A stretch of 64,000 nt of DNA, taken from the NCBI GenBank assembly GCA_017438305.1, contig JAFRVX010000114.1, positions 2,602 through 66,601 of the forward strand. The letters are read 5' to 3'. Under the pieces are notes generated by a model, which was not told the origin of the DNA, searched no databases, and saw only the letters and a program-made list of their open reading frames with translations. The stretch's first letter is position 1. Each line of letters opens with the position of its first letter. Positions 15,957 to 23,941 of this stretch are shown here, piece after piece. The position numbers and the translations under genes were made by a program. Source of the stretch: Lachnospiraceae bacterium. Lineage in GTDB: Bacteria > Bacillota > Clostridia > Lachnospirales > Lachnospiraceae.

Positions 15957-16821
15957 AATAAGAAAAATACGGCGTCTGGTCTATATCAGTTTTGCCAGGC
16001 ATATCACTAACCGGAAGACGATTCTGATAGCGGGTATGGCCGTAATCTTTGCTTTTTATAATTATATGCCGCTGACCAGGCTGGCCATGTTTTACCATGA
16101 AAACATACCACCGGTGTCCTTTGTCTTTCACCTGAGTCATTATCTTGTGCTGTGCTTTCATGCAGCCGCATCTGTGCTTTTGTTTGCTGATGTGATGAAA
16201 GAAGATGGATTCACCCTGTGGACGGTTATCAGGAGCGGAAAGACGGAGTATATTCTGGCTCAAAGCCTGTATGTGCTGCTGATGTCAGCAGTTTACGTAC
16301 TTTTCCTTTATCTGCTCTCTCTGGTCTTCACCTTGCCCGTATTGGGTTCCATAAAGGAATGGGGCCCGTTTATGAAGCGGATGAGCCAGGATATGACGAG
16401 TCTTGTACAGGAGTCGGGAATCAGCGGCCATTCACTTTATGTTGCACCGGTGATTATCCGGCATTTTACACCGGCAGGTGCGCTGCTTTTTGCTTTTCTG
16501 ATCATGTGGCTGGATGTTTCTTTTACCGGGATGATGATACTTTTTTTCTCCTGCGTTATCAGCCGGTCCTTTGCCACAGCTTTTGGCGGTGTTTTGGTAT
16601 CCATAGCCATCTTTGCCACAGTTTCCGGCATGCTGCTCTTCGGAACCAGACTGCTTTACGCCTCTCCCATGTCCTGGAACAATATTAATAATATCGATTA
16701 TGACAGGAGCGGTGCGTACCCGTCTCCGGAATACGTTGTCACGTTTCTGACTGTGGGGATCATCATGTTTGCCGTAGGTTCCTATATCGGATACAGACAT
16801 AAAGAAGCCATAAAAGGATAA
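15949..16821 (+). CDS. ABC-2-type polytopic membrane protein (second subunit)
   Basis: 290 aa. GTG start 7 nt after GAGGAGG, overlapping the preceding stop. Multiple TM segments. Confidence 0.5.
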   Translation: MPEIRKIRRLVYISFARHITNRKTILIAGMAVIFAFYNYMPLTRLAMFYHENIPPVSFVFHLSHYLVLCFHAAASVLLFADVMKEDGFTLWTVIRSGKTEYILAQSLYVLLMSAVYVLFLYLLSLVFTLPVLGSIKEWGPFMKRMSQDMTSLVQESGISGHSLYVAPVIIRHFTPAGALLFAFLIMWLDVSFTGMMILFFSCVISRSFATAFGGVLVSIAIFATVSGMLLFGTRLLYASPMSWNNINNIDYDRSGAYPSPEYVVTFLTVGIIMFAVGSYIGYRHKEAIKG

Positions 16822-16902
16822 TAATGGGGCAGAACAGCCTGTCTGTTCCGCAGGTTACTCGCGGATCAGTCAGGAAAAAGCTGCCGGAGGTGATTAACGG
16901 TT

Positions 16903-18012
16903 ATGAAGAAGAGAATGATCGTGCTACTCCTGGTGATTACACTGGGAACCGTTTCTTGTGGAAAACAATCGCAGGAGACAACAGTTTCGGACGAAACGCC
17001 TTCTGTTGTATCCTCCGGACTTGTGACAGAGGCTGAGTTTCCTGAAGATTATCCGGAGAGTCTGGACACCTATCAGGCCTGTTTTTTTGAGCCTGATCTA
17101 GAAAAAGTCACCGCTGCTCTGATGCTCAATGACCCGGATGAGACCTTTATATCAGATTCCGGTGATTATCATGCGCTTTACGGGGAAGAAGAACATCTGG
17201 TAGTCAATACTAAGGACTGTATTATCGGTTATATCCGGACAGACGCTGAAACCGAAGAAGAACGGGAATTCAAAAAGCACGTCCGGGGACTGAAACCCAT
17301 GGCTACCGAATTCTATCGATTCGGGAATAATGCGGGTCTGAATCCGGGGCATGGGAAATTCAAGGATTTCGACCAGGAGGCAGTGCTTTCTTTTTCTTCA
17401 AAAAAAGAAGTGACAGAACGGTTTTTCAATCTTATAGAAAACGCAGGATTTCCGGAAATGGATGTCCGGTATGTCTATCCAAGGAATAAGGATATTCTGA
17501 CAGAGAACCTTAAAATATACAACGGGTTTTCTTCTATCGAAGAAAACCAATATGTCTTCACGGAAGAAGATGAAGATTATTATCTGATGGCGGTTCAGAA
17601 AATAAACGGTATTCCTCTGTGCTGTCATCGTTGGATCCTGGATCCCAGATCGGAATATCAAACGGATACCTATCTGGAGATGATTTATACAAAGGATTCC
17701 GGAGTTGATGAGATCAACGCCTGGCATTTATTCGACATAAAAGAAAAGACAGGGGTGAGAAAAATCCGCAGTCCCCTGGATGCGGTAAGGGAATATGAAA
17801 GGCTGTATGGCGAAAATGAATCCTTAAAGGGAACAACCCTCAGTTCGGTGGAACTGAATTATATTGTAACTCAGAAAGACGGAAACCTGACCGCGCTTCC
17901 CTGCTGGATACTGGTAATGTGGAAGGACCGTCAGTTATCCGAGGATGTAAGTATGAGACAGTATACGGTTATCGCCATAGATCCCGAGACCCTGGAGATT
18001 TATAACAAATGA
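16903..18012 (+). CDS. lipoprotein of unknown function
   Basis: 369 aa. MKKRMIVLLLVITLGTVSCGKQ carries a lipobox (LGTVS-C). SD is GGAGGTG. Confidence 0.6.
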   Translation: MKKRMIVLLLVITLGTVSCGKQSQETTVSDETPSVVSSGLVTEAEFPEDYPESLDTYQACFFEPDLEKVTAALMLNDPDETFISDSGDYHALYGEEEHLVVNTKDCIIGYIRTDAETEEEREFKKHVRGLKPMATEFYRFGNNAGLNPGHGKFKDFDQEAVLSFSSKKEVTERFFNLIENAGFPEMDVRYVYPRNKDILTENLKIYNGFSSIEENQYVFTEEDEDYYLMAVQKINGIPLCCHRWILDPRSEYQTDTYLEMIYTKDSGVDEINAWHLFDIKEKTGVRKIRSPLDAVREYERLYGENESLKGTTLSSVELNYIVTQKDGNLTALPCWILVMWKDRQLSEDVSMRQYTVIAIDPETLEIYNK

Positions 18013-18158
18013 TCTTAAAACAGATTTATATCATCAGGGTAAGATAGTTGCTGAAAACATGCAACTGTGTATCATTAGCCGGGGCAAACCCTTTTGACCC
18101 CGGCATCAGGCAAACAGCGGCTGTATCATGGAATCCATCCGGACAAAGGGACGATAAA

Positions 18159-18791
18159 ATGGCATATATAGAAATCAGGGAATTAGTGAAAGAATTCAAA
18201 GAAATCCGGGCACTGGACCAGGTTTCACTGTCCTTTGACCAGGGGCAGATACACGGCATCATAGGCCGGAACGGGTCCGGAAAGACCGTCATGCTGAAAT
18301 GCATCTGCGGCTTCATGAAGCCAACATCAGGGGAAATTCTGGTTGGGGGAAAGAAAATAGTTCCGGGAAAAAGACAGGCTATGGGCATTATCATAGAGGT
18401 CCCCGGTTTTATTGACCAGAAAAGCGGGCTGAAAAACCTTGAATATCTATATGGGCTGAATCACAGACCGGACAGAAACAAACTGAAGAAAACCATGGAA
18501 AAGGTCGGTCTGGACCCTGAAAACAAAAAGCCGGTGGGAAAGTATTCCCTGGGGATGAGACAGCGTCTGGCAATAGCACAGGCCATTATGGAAGAGCCGG
18601 AACTGCTGCTTCTGGACGAGCCCATGAACGGTCTGGACAATAAAGGCGTGGAAGATATCCGGGAGCTGCTGAAAAAACTGGCGAAAGAAGGAAAAACCAT
18701 CATTCTGGCTTCCCACAGCCGGGAGGACATTTCATTACTTTGCGATACCGTGACCGAACTGGATCATGGAAAGATAATCTTGACAGCCTGA
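18159..18791 (+). CDS. ABC transporter ATP-binding protein (ABC-2/LanF-like)
   Basis: Start taken at MAYIEIRELVKEF. Walker A GRNGSGKT, signature YSLGMRQR, Walker B LLLLDEP. Confidence 0.8.
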   Translation: MAYIEIRELVKEFKEIRALDQVSLSFDQGQIHGIIGRNGSGKTVMLKCICGFMKPTSGEILVGGKKIVPGKRQAMGIIIEVPGFIDQKSGLKNLEYLYGLNHRPDRNKLKKTMEKVGLDPENKKPVGKYSLGMRQRLAIAQAIMEEPELLLLDEPMNGLDNKGVEDIRELLKKLAKEGKTIILASHSREDISLLCDTVTELDHGKIILTA

Positions 18792-18831
18792 CCGGCATCC
18801 CGGTGCAGCTGCATACCATTGTTTTACTGTA

Positions 18832-18870
18832 AAGCCCGGACTTATCGAAGTCCGGGCTTGTGTTTTTTTT
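18832..18870 (+). terminator. rho-independent terminator between convergent genes
   Basis: AAGCCCGGACTT-ATCG-AAGTCCGGGCTT followed by GTGTTTTTTTT. Confidence 0.8.
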
Positions 18871-18891
18871 CCCTGTTAGCGATAAACTGAT

Positions 18892-19752
18892 TTATTCAGT
18901 GTTTTCTTGGCTTTCCGCCTCGTTCTGAGGAGCGAAATAGAATTCCCTGGCATAGGCAAAATGCTCTTCAAAGCGGTGGATGGCTTCCCGGGAAACCTTT
19001 TTTGCCGGGAGAAGGATGTCATAGGCATGGAACCAGTTCGGGTAAACGTCCGCTTCCGCTTCGATGCCGGCTTTTCTCAGGTTCTCCACATAGTCCACGG
19101 TCTCCTGATAAAAGGGCTCGATATCCCCCACATAGGTATAACAGGGCGGCAGACCGCTGTAATCCGTACACCGGGCGGGGGCGGCATAGATGGGCACCAG
19201 GTCCGTCCCGTAGGCCTCCCTTAAGTACCGCTTCCAGGCCTTATGGTTCCGTTTGGTATTCCAGTTCGGCGCGTGATTATCCCGGGAAGAATCTGTATCC
19301 CGGTCGTCCAGCATGGGGTAAATGGGCATCTGAAAAGCAATATTCACTTCCTTCCGGTCCCGGGCCAGCATGCAGAGGGCGACTGCCATGCCGCCCCCGG
19401 CGCTCTCACCGCCCACCATGATCTGGTCCGGCCTGATCCCCAGTGCTTCCGCGTGCTCCTTTACATAAAGAAGGGCTGCGTAGCAGTCATGCAGGGCTCC
19501 CGGGTAGGGATGCTTTTTGGAAAGCCGGTAATCCGGCGCGATAAGGACCGCCCCGAACTTGACCACCAGCGACAGGGCCCTGGTGGCGAAAACATCCTTG
19601 GCGGAACCGGACTGGTAGCCACCGCCATGGATCCACAGGACCCCCGTTGCCGGTTCGTCCCTCTTGTCCAGCGGCTTCAGCACCAGCAGTTTGATTTTAT
19701 GCTTCCTCACGGGAATAACGATCTTCTCAATAGTAAAAAGGTGTCTTGACAT
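18892..19752 (-). CDS. alpha/beta hydrolase, hormone-sensitive-lipase-like esterase
   Basis: 286 aa. HGGGY oxyanion motif and a GGESAGG nucleophile elbow. Confidence 0.75.
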   Translation of the reverse strand: MSRHLFTIEKIVIPVRKHKIKLLVLKPLDKRDEPATGVLWIHGGGYQSGSAKDVFATRALSLVVKFGAVLIAPDYRLSKKHPYPGALHDCYAALLYVKEHAEALGIRPDQIMVGGESAGGGMAVALCMLARDRKEVNIAFQMPIYPMLDDRDTDSSRDNHAPNWNTKRNHKAWKRYLREAYGTDLVPIYAAPARCTDYSGLPPCYTYVGDIEPFYQETVDYVENLRKAGIEAEADVYPNWFHAYDILLPAKKVSREAIHRFEEHFAYAREFYFAPQNEAESQENTE

Positions 19753-19848
19753 AGGCTGCTGTAATGATGATCAAGTATAGTTATTCAGCGTAAAACCTTC
19801 TGTTTTCCGACAGGGTTCCGCTGCTTTTCATGCAGGCTCAGGCACTGC

Positions 19849-20535
19849 TTAATAGAAAAACTTTCTTCTTAAAGCCATTCTTAAGGGTTTGATGACGCCG
19901 GCCAGGATCAGGAACAGGCCCGAAACGGCGATGGCCGGGAAGGAATAAATGCTCCAGGTAAACATGGGGGTCTTAAAGGTGATATGTTCAAAAAACTCGA
20001 TGAGCATCGTAAAGCCGCCCAGAAGGATCAGGAAGCCGCCGAAGATATAGGGCCGGCTGCCTTCCACATGCTTCAGGAGCGTGATCAGCGCCGTAAACAG
20101 CAGGCAGTTGATCCCGATGATGGGAAAAGCAAAGCTTAAAAACCAGTGCCCGCCGGTCTTCAGACAGCAGTACAGTACATATCCGCCGATGGCCAGATGA
20201 TCCAGCGGGATGTGGAATTCCACCTTCGGATGGCGGAACCACATCGGCAGCACCACGATGATATAAAACAAAGCGATCCCCAGCGCCGCGTAGCCGCCCC
20301 AGCGGATCTCGTGATACAGGCCGAAACAGACCGCCAGCACCACGCCGCAGGCAATGATCAGAAGCACCGTCAGAATAATGGCGGTGGGGATATCCGATTC
20401 GTTATAATGCTCCGGAAGCCTGTCCGAATAGGCCTTCTCCTGATATACTTCCTCAGGATTCCAGACCGGCGTATTGCAAAGCGGACAGCGGGCGGTCCCT
20501 TCCTGAAGCTTGACGCCGCACTTCACACAATACAT
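19849..20535 (-). CDS. zinc-ribbon domain membrane protein
   Basis: 228 aa. MYCVKCGVKLQEGTARCPLCNTPV (CxxC...CxxC) followed by about 5 TM segments. Its start lies 1 nt after the upstream stop. Confidence 0.6.
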   Translation of the reverse strand: MYCVKCGVKLQEGTARCPLCNTPVWNPEEVYQEKAYSDRLPEHYNESDIPTAIILTVLLIIACGVVLAVCFGLYHEIRWGGYAALGIALFYIIVVLPMWFRHPKVEFHIPLDHLAIGGYVLYCCLKTGGHWFLSFAFPIIGINCLLFTALITLLKHVEGSRPYIFGGFLILLGGFTMLIEFFEHITFKTPMFTWSIYSFPAIAVSGLFLILAGVIKPLRMALRRKFFY

Positions 20536-20536
20536 G

Positions 20537-21826
20537 TCATTCTCTCCTGTTTGTCTCGATCTCCACCGGAATGCCCAGGTCCACCAGCCGCGAGAAGAAA
20601 CGCCTCTCCAGCTCGGTTTCCCGAATGTTCCGGATCATATTGATGCAGGTTTTGTCCTGATAACTTAACACCGAACAGTTGTTGGGATAGGATCTCTGGG
20701 GACCGATGATGAATTCCATCCGGTTCACATAAGGCTTCATCGCTTCGGGAAGCTCCAGGTTCCCCAGGTTGGAAATATTGATCGATCCGCTGCTCTCCCC
20801 GCTGTGCCCGTACACCAGGTCCATGACGATATTCTTGATCTGGACCGGCGCCAGCCTCAGGATAAGCAGCTGCTGCGGTTTGACGTTGGCGGCGATCATA
20901 CCCGCCATGTTCTGTTTTGTGGCGTAGGCCCTCAGCTGATGATTGATGGTATCACAGAGCTCATTCAGCGTATAGCTCCCGAAACGGGGATCCACGCCCG
21001 GGTTCAGCACCAGGGAAAAGTTCCTCAGCGTACGGCTGCCGTACAGCCTTCTTAAGTCCACGGGGATCGTGATCTTGACCGGCTTCCGGCGGGAAACGGA
21101 GCGTCTTTCTTCCTGCATCGAGATAATGCTCTCCGCCATGACGCCGGCCAAAAAAGACGTCACGGACACCTTTCTTTTATGGGCTTCCTCCAGCAGGACC
21201 GCCGTATCGACAATGCCCGTTGTCAGATGCTTAAAACCCTTTTTCTCTTTCCGTCCCTTCAGATGATAGGAAACGGACTCTTTCCGGGAAGCCGCCACAG
21301 GCGCCGCATTTTTTAAAAAGCTGTCTTCATATTCTTCCGGGTCCGGCTTGTCGGAAAGCCGGAAGATCATCTTTTCCGTCGGCACTTTTATGTGATATCT
21401 GATCTCCGTATACCGGGCCGCCAGGTTGCAAAGATACGTGATCCCGCCCCGGCCGTCCGTCAGCGAATGAAAGAATTCCACCGCGATCCGGTTTTTATAA
21501 TAGAGGACGCGCAGCCCCGCCTTTTTGACTTCTCTCCGGCTCATGAAAGTCAGTGGATAGGCATAGTCTTCCCGGACCCTGATATCCTTTTTTATCTCCT
21601 CCAGATAATACCAGAAGAGGCCCTGGTTCAGGGCCAGATAAAACTGAGGGAAGCGGGGTCTTAAGTCGTTAACGGCCTGCTGGAGCATTTCCGGATCCAC
21701 CTCATCCGCAAAATCCGCCGAGACCCGGAACACGTTGCACCAGTCTCTTCTGGTGATGGCCGGGAAAATAAGGGCAGCCGTGTCCAGCCTGAACCATTTT
21801 TTCTGAATCCGTTTTTCTGCTGCCAT
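20537..21826 (-). CDS. HxxxD-motif acyltransferase (condensation / alcohol-acetyltransferase-like superfamily)
   Basis: 429 aa. FHSLTDGRGG matches the HxxxDG catalytic motif of CoA-dependent acyltransferases. Function unknown. Confidence 0.5.
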   Translation of the reverse strand: MAAEKRIQKKWFRLDTAALIFPAITRRDWCNVFRVSADFADEVDPEMLQQAVNDLRPRFPQFYLALNQGLFWYYLEEIKKDIRVREDYAYPLTFMSRREVKKAGLRVLYYKNRIAVEFFHSLTDGRGGITYLCNLAARYTEIRYHIKVPTEKMIFRLSDKPDPEEYEDSFLKNAAPVAASRKESVSYHLKGRKEKKGFKHLTTGIVDTAVLLEEAHKRKVSVTSFLAGVMAESIISMQEERRSVSRRKPVKITIPVDLRRLYGSRTLRNFSLVLNPGVDPRFGSYTLNELCDTINHQLRAYATKQNMAGMIAANVKPQQLLILRLAPVQIKNIVMDLVYGHSGESSGSINISNLGNLELPEAMKPYVNRMEFIIGPQRSYPNNCSVLSYQDKTCINMIRNIRETELERRFFSRLVDLGIPVEIETNRRE

Positions 21827-21846
21827 GATCTGTTCCTCTTTATCAG

Positions 21847-21920
21847 GGACCGGCCTGTTATTACCAGTTCATGGACCGGCCTGTTTTTACCAGGTCAGGA
21901 ACAGTCCTGTTTCTTACCAC
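21847..21920. repeat. 26-bp tandem repeat x about 2.7 (GGACCGGCCTGTTNTTACCAGNTCA)
   Basis: Copies at 21847-21872 and 21873-21898, plus a degenerate third copy that runs into the stop codon of the CPBP gene. Confidence 0.75.
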
Positions 21921-23035
21921 GTCTCTGTATAAGGCTGTTCCTGAAGATTTTCCTCGTTATGGAAGAACGGCACCCGTCTTCCCAGAAACAGTGCTGCTGC
22001 CGCAAATACCATAAACAGCACCGCGTAAATGAAAAGATACTTTTCCGGATCCAGGATCCCTCCCAGGAACATGCCCAGGAAATTATTGAACATGTGGCAG
22101 AGGATGCTGGGGATCACGGAATTATACTTATACCCGATAAAGCCCCACAGAAGGCCCATGGGAAGCACATAGATGCCCTGAATGGGATTCATATGGAAGA
22201 TGCTGAAAAGGACGCCGCTTATGATCACGCAGCCCGCCAGCCCGAAGACTCTTCTGGAACGTTGGAGGATGATCCCCCGCATGGCCAGTTCTTCACAGAT
22301 GGGCGCCAGAAGCACCGCCGCCAGAAGCCCCAGGATCTCGTTCTTTCCCAGGGTCAGGTACATGGTTTCATTTAAAGCTTCGGCCTCATACGGGAAGAGG
22401 CCCGCAGCGATGATCTCCAGCATGATGGCCAGAGAAAAACACGCAATATTCGAGGTCAGCAGGAAGAGAAGGCCTGCCGGGTTCTTAAGCTTTGGCCCCA
22501 CCGGTTCATACCGCCCTTCCAGTCTGGCCTTCCGCACATATCCGCGGTAATACCAGATCAGTACAAAAATGGTTCCTGCAACTACCGAAATGATCTCGAC
22601 CCGGGCCAGAAGGGAAGTCGATGTCAGCAGTTCATTATAGGCATTGATAATTGCTTCGTAGTCCCCGCCGTTTTCCATCACCAGCCGGAAAAGAGACGGC
22701 AGGATCCCCGCGGCGCCTGCCGCGGACTGCACCAGGATCACGGCAATCATCACCCAGACACAGAAGAAAACCGTCCCGATCTTTCCGGGCTGAGCCTTGT
22801 AGGCCTGCCGGTAAACCGCCCGGTCCGATACCTGCGGCTGGGGCGTATAAGTCCTGGCCGGCTCATCTGTCCTGTTTATCGTATAAGGGATCTGCGTTAC
22901 CTCTTCACGATCCGTTCCGGTTCCCGTATAAGGGATCTGAGACGCTTTTTCGCGATCCGTTCCGGTTCCCGTATAAGGGATCTGAGATACTTCTTCGCGA
23001 TCTGTTCCGGTTTCAGCGGGGCCATATTCACTCAT
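21914..23035 (-). CDS. CPBP-family intramembrane metalloprotease (CAAX/Abi type) with a repetitive N-terminus
   Basis: Start at MSEYGPAE (GGAGG-5 nt-ATG). CEELAMRG (EExxxR), FSIFH and HMFNN motifs. Three 15-aa repeats TGTDREEVSQIPYTG at the N-terminus. Confidence 0.75.
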   Translation of the reverse strand: MSEYGPAETGTDREEVSQIPYTGTGTDREKASQIPYTGTGTDREEVTQIPYTINRTDEPARTYTPQPQVSDRAVYRQAYKAQPGKIGTVFFCVWVMIAVILVQSAAGAAGILPSLFRLVMENGGDYEAIINAYNELLTSTSLLARVEIISVVAGTIFVLIWYYRGYVRKARLEGRYEPVGPKLKNPAGLLFLLTSNIACFSLAIMLEIIAAGLFPYEAEALNETMYLTLGKNEILGLLAAVLLAPICEELAMRGIILQRSRRVFGLAGCVIISGVLFSIFHMNPIQGIYVLPMGLLWGFIGYKYNSVIPSILCHMFNNFLGMFLGGILDPEKYLFIYAVLFMVFAAAALFLGRRVPFFHNEENLQEQPYTETW

Positions 23036-23085
23036 AAAAAACCTCCGAAGTCTGTTATGTTCTCTCATCATAACAGACTTCGGAG
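23036..23085 (-). terminator. rho-independent terminator whose 3' arm contains the SD of the CPBP gene
   Basis: 18-bp arms at 23068-23085 and 23041-23058 (CCTCCGAAGTCTGTTATG / CATAACAGACTTCGGAGG in mRNA sense) with a 9-nt loop. TTTTT follows, then ATG directly. Confidence 0.7.
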
Positions 23086-23244
23086 GGATGTGCAAGAATT
23101 ATCCGGCATCAGGTTAGTGTCAGCTCCGGATTTCCTCTCACCGGCGGTTCATTAATCCTTTACTCTTTGCCGGGCAGAAACGGCCGGATATCTTTATAGG
23201 GAATTAGCAGGTTCAATCGCGGAAGATATGTTTTATCTGTCTGT

Positions 23245-23880
23245 TTACAGACTGTCTAAGAGATTTCTGATGATCTCCAATGCCTGATTTACAGCAGCAT
23301 CTCTTTCTTCTGATGAAATAATAAGATTATTACTGCTTTTCTTGAAGTAATAGTTGATCACGTACTTGAGTTCTCCCTGTTTTATTGTTCCAAATAGAAT
23401 ATCAGGTTGTAACGGATCTTTTTCTATATAGGTAACACAATACTCCATAGTTTTATCATCAGCAGTAAGAAGTTCTTTCCCAAACCGGGTAATCAGATTG
23501 CTCGCCTGCTGATATTGTTCGTGAATATCATTAAAGTATATATCTACGGATATATTGTCCCCATTCTCCAGTCCGGCATACTCAGACAAATACAGCCATG
23601 TGTTTCTGTCTGACACATAACCGGTGCCATCCAGAGGAAGGAACAAGGTGAATTGAAGATTTTTCAATTCATCCTCATGTTTGATATACCATTGAATGAG
23701 GCAATCTTCTCCAAAAAGTCTCAGAGCTTTTTCAGGATCTTTTTCTGTATACTCAGATATATTTTCTGTAGGTGATGGACCATGTCTGTGAGAAGATTCA
23801 AACCAGATAACGCCAATTCCCAAACAGCCTGATACAACCAGTACAATTACCAGTATCGTAAGATTTTTTCTTTTATTCAT
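23245..23880 (-). CDS. lipoprotein / membrane-anchored protein of unknown function
   Basis: 211 aa. MNKRKNLTILVIVLVVSGC has a lipobox-like VSG-C. AT-rich coding sequence. Confidence 0.55.
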   Translation of the reverse strand: MNKRKNLTILVIVLVVSGCLGIGVIWFESSHRHGPSPTENISEYTEKDPEKALRLFGEDCLIQWYIKHEDELKNLQFTLFLPLDGTGYVSDRNTWLYLSEYAGLENGDNISVDIYFNDIHEQYQQASNLITRFGKELLTADDKTMEYCVTYIEKDPLQPDILFGTIKQGELKYVINYYFKKSSNNLIISSEERDAAVNQALEIIRNLLDSL

Positions 23881-23941
23881 ATTATAGTCCTTATTTATTT
23901 GCTATATCCTTGGTTTAGAGACTTCTGATTTGTTTTCTGGT

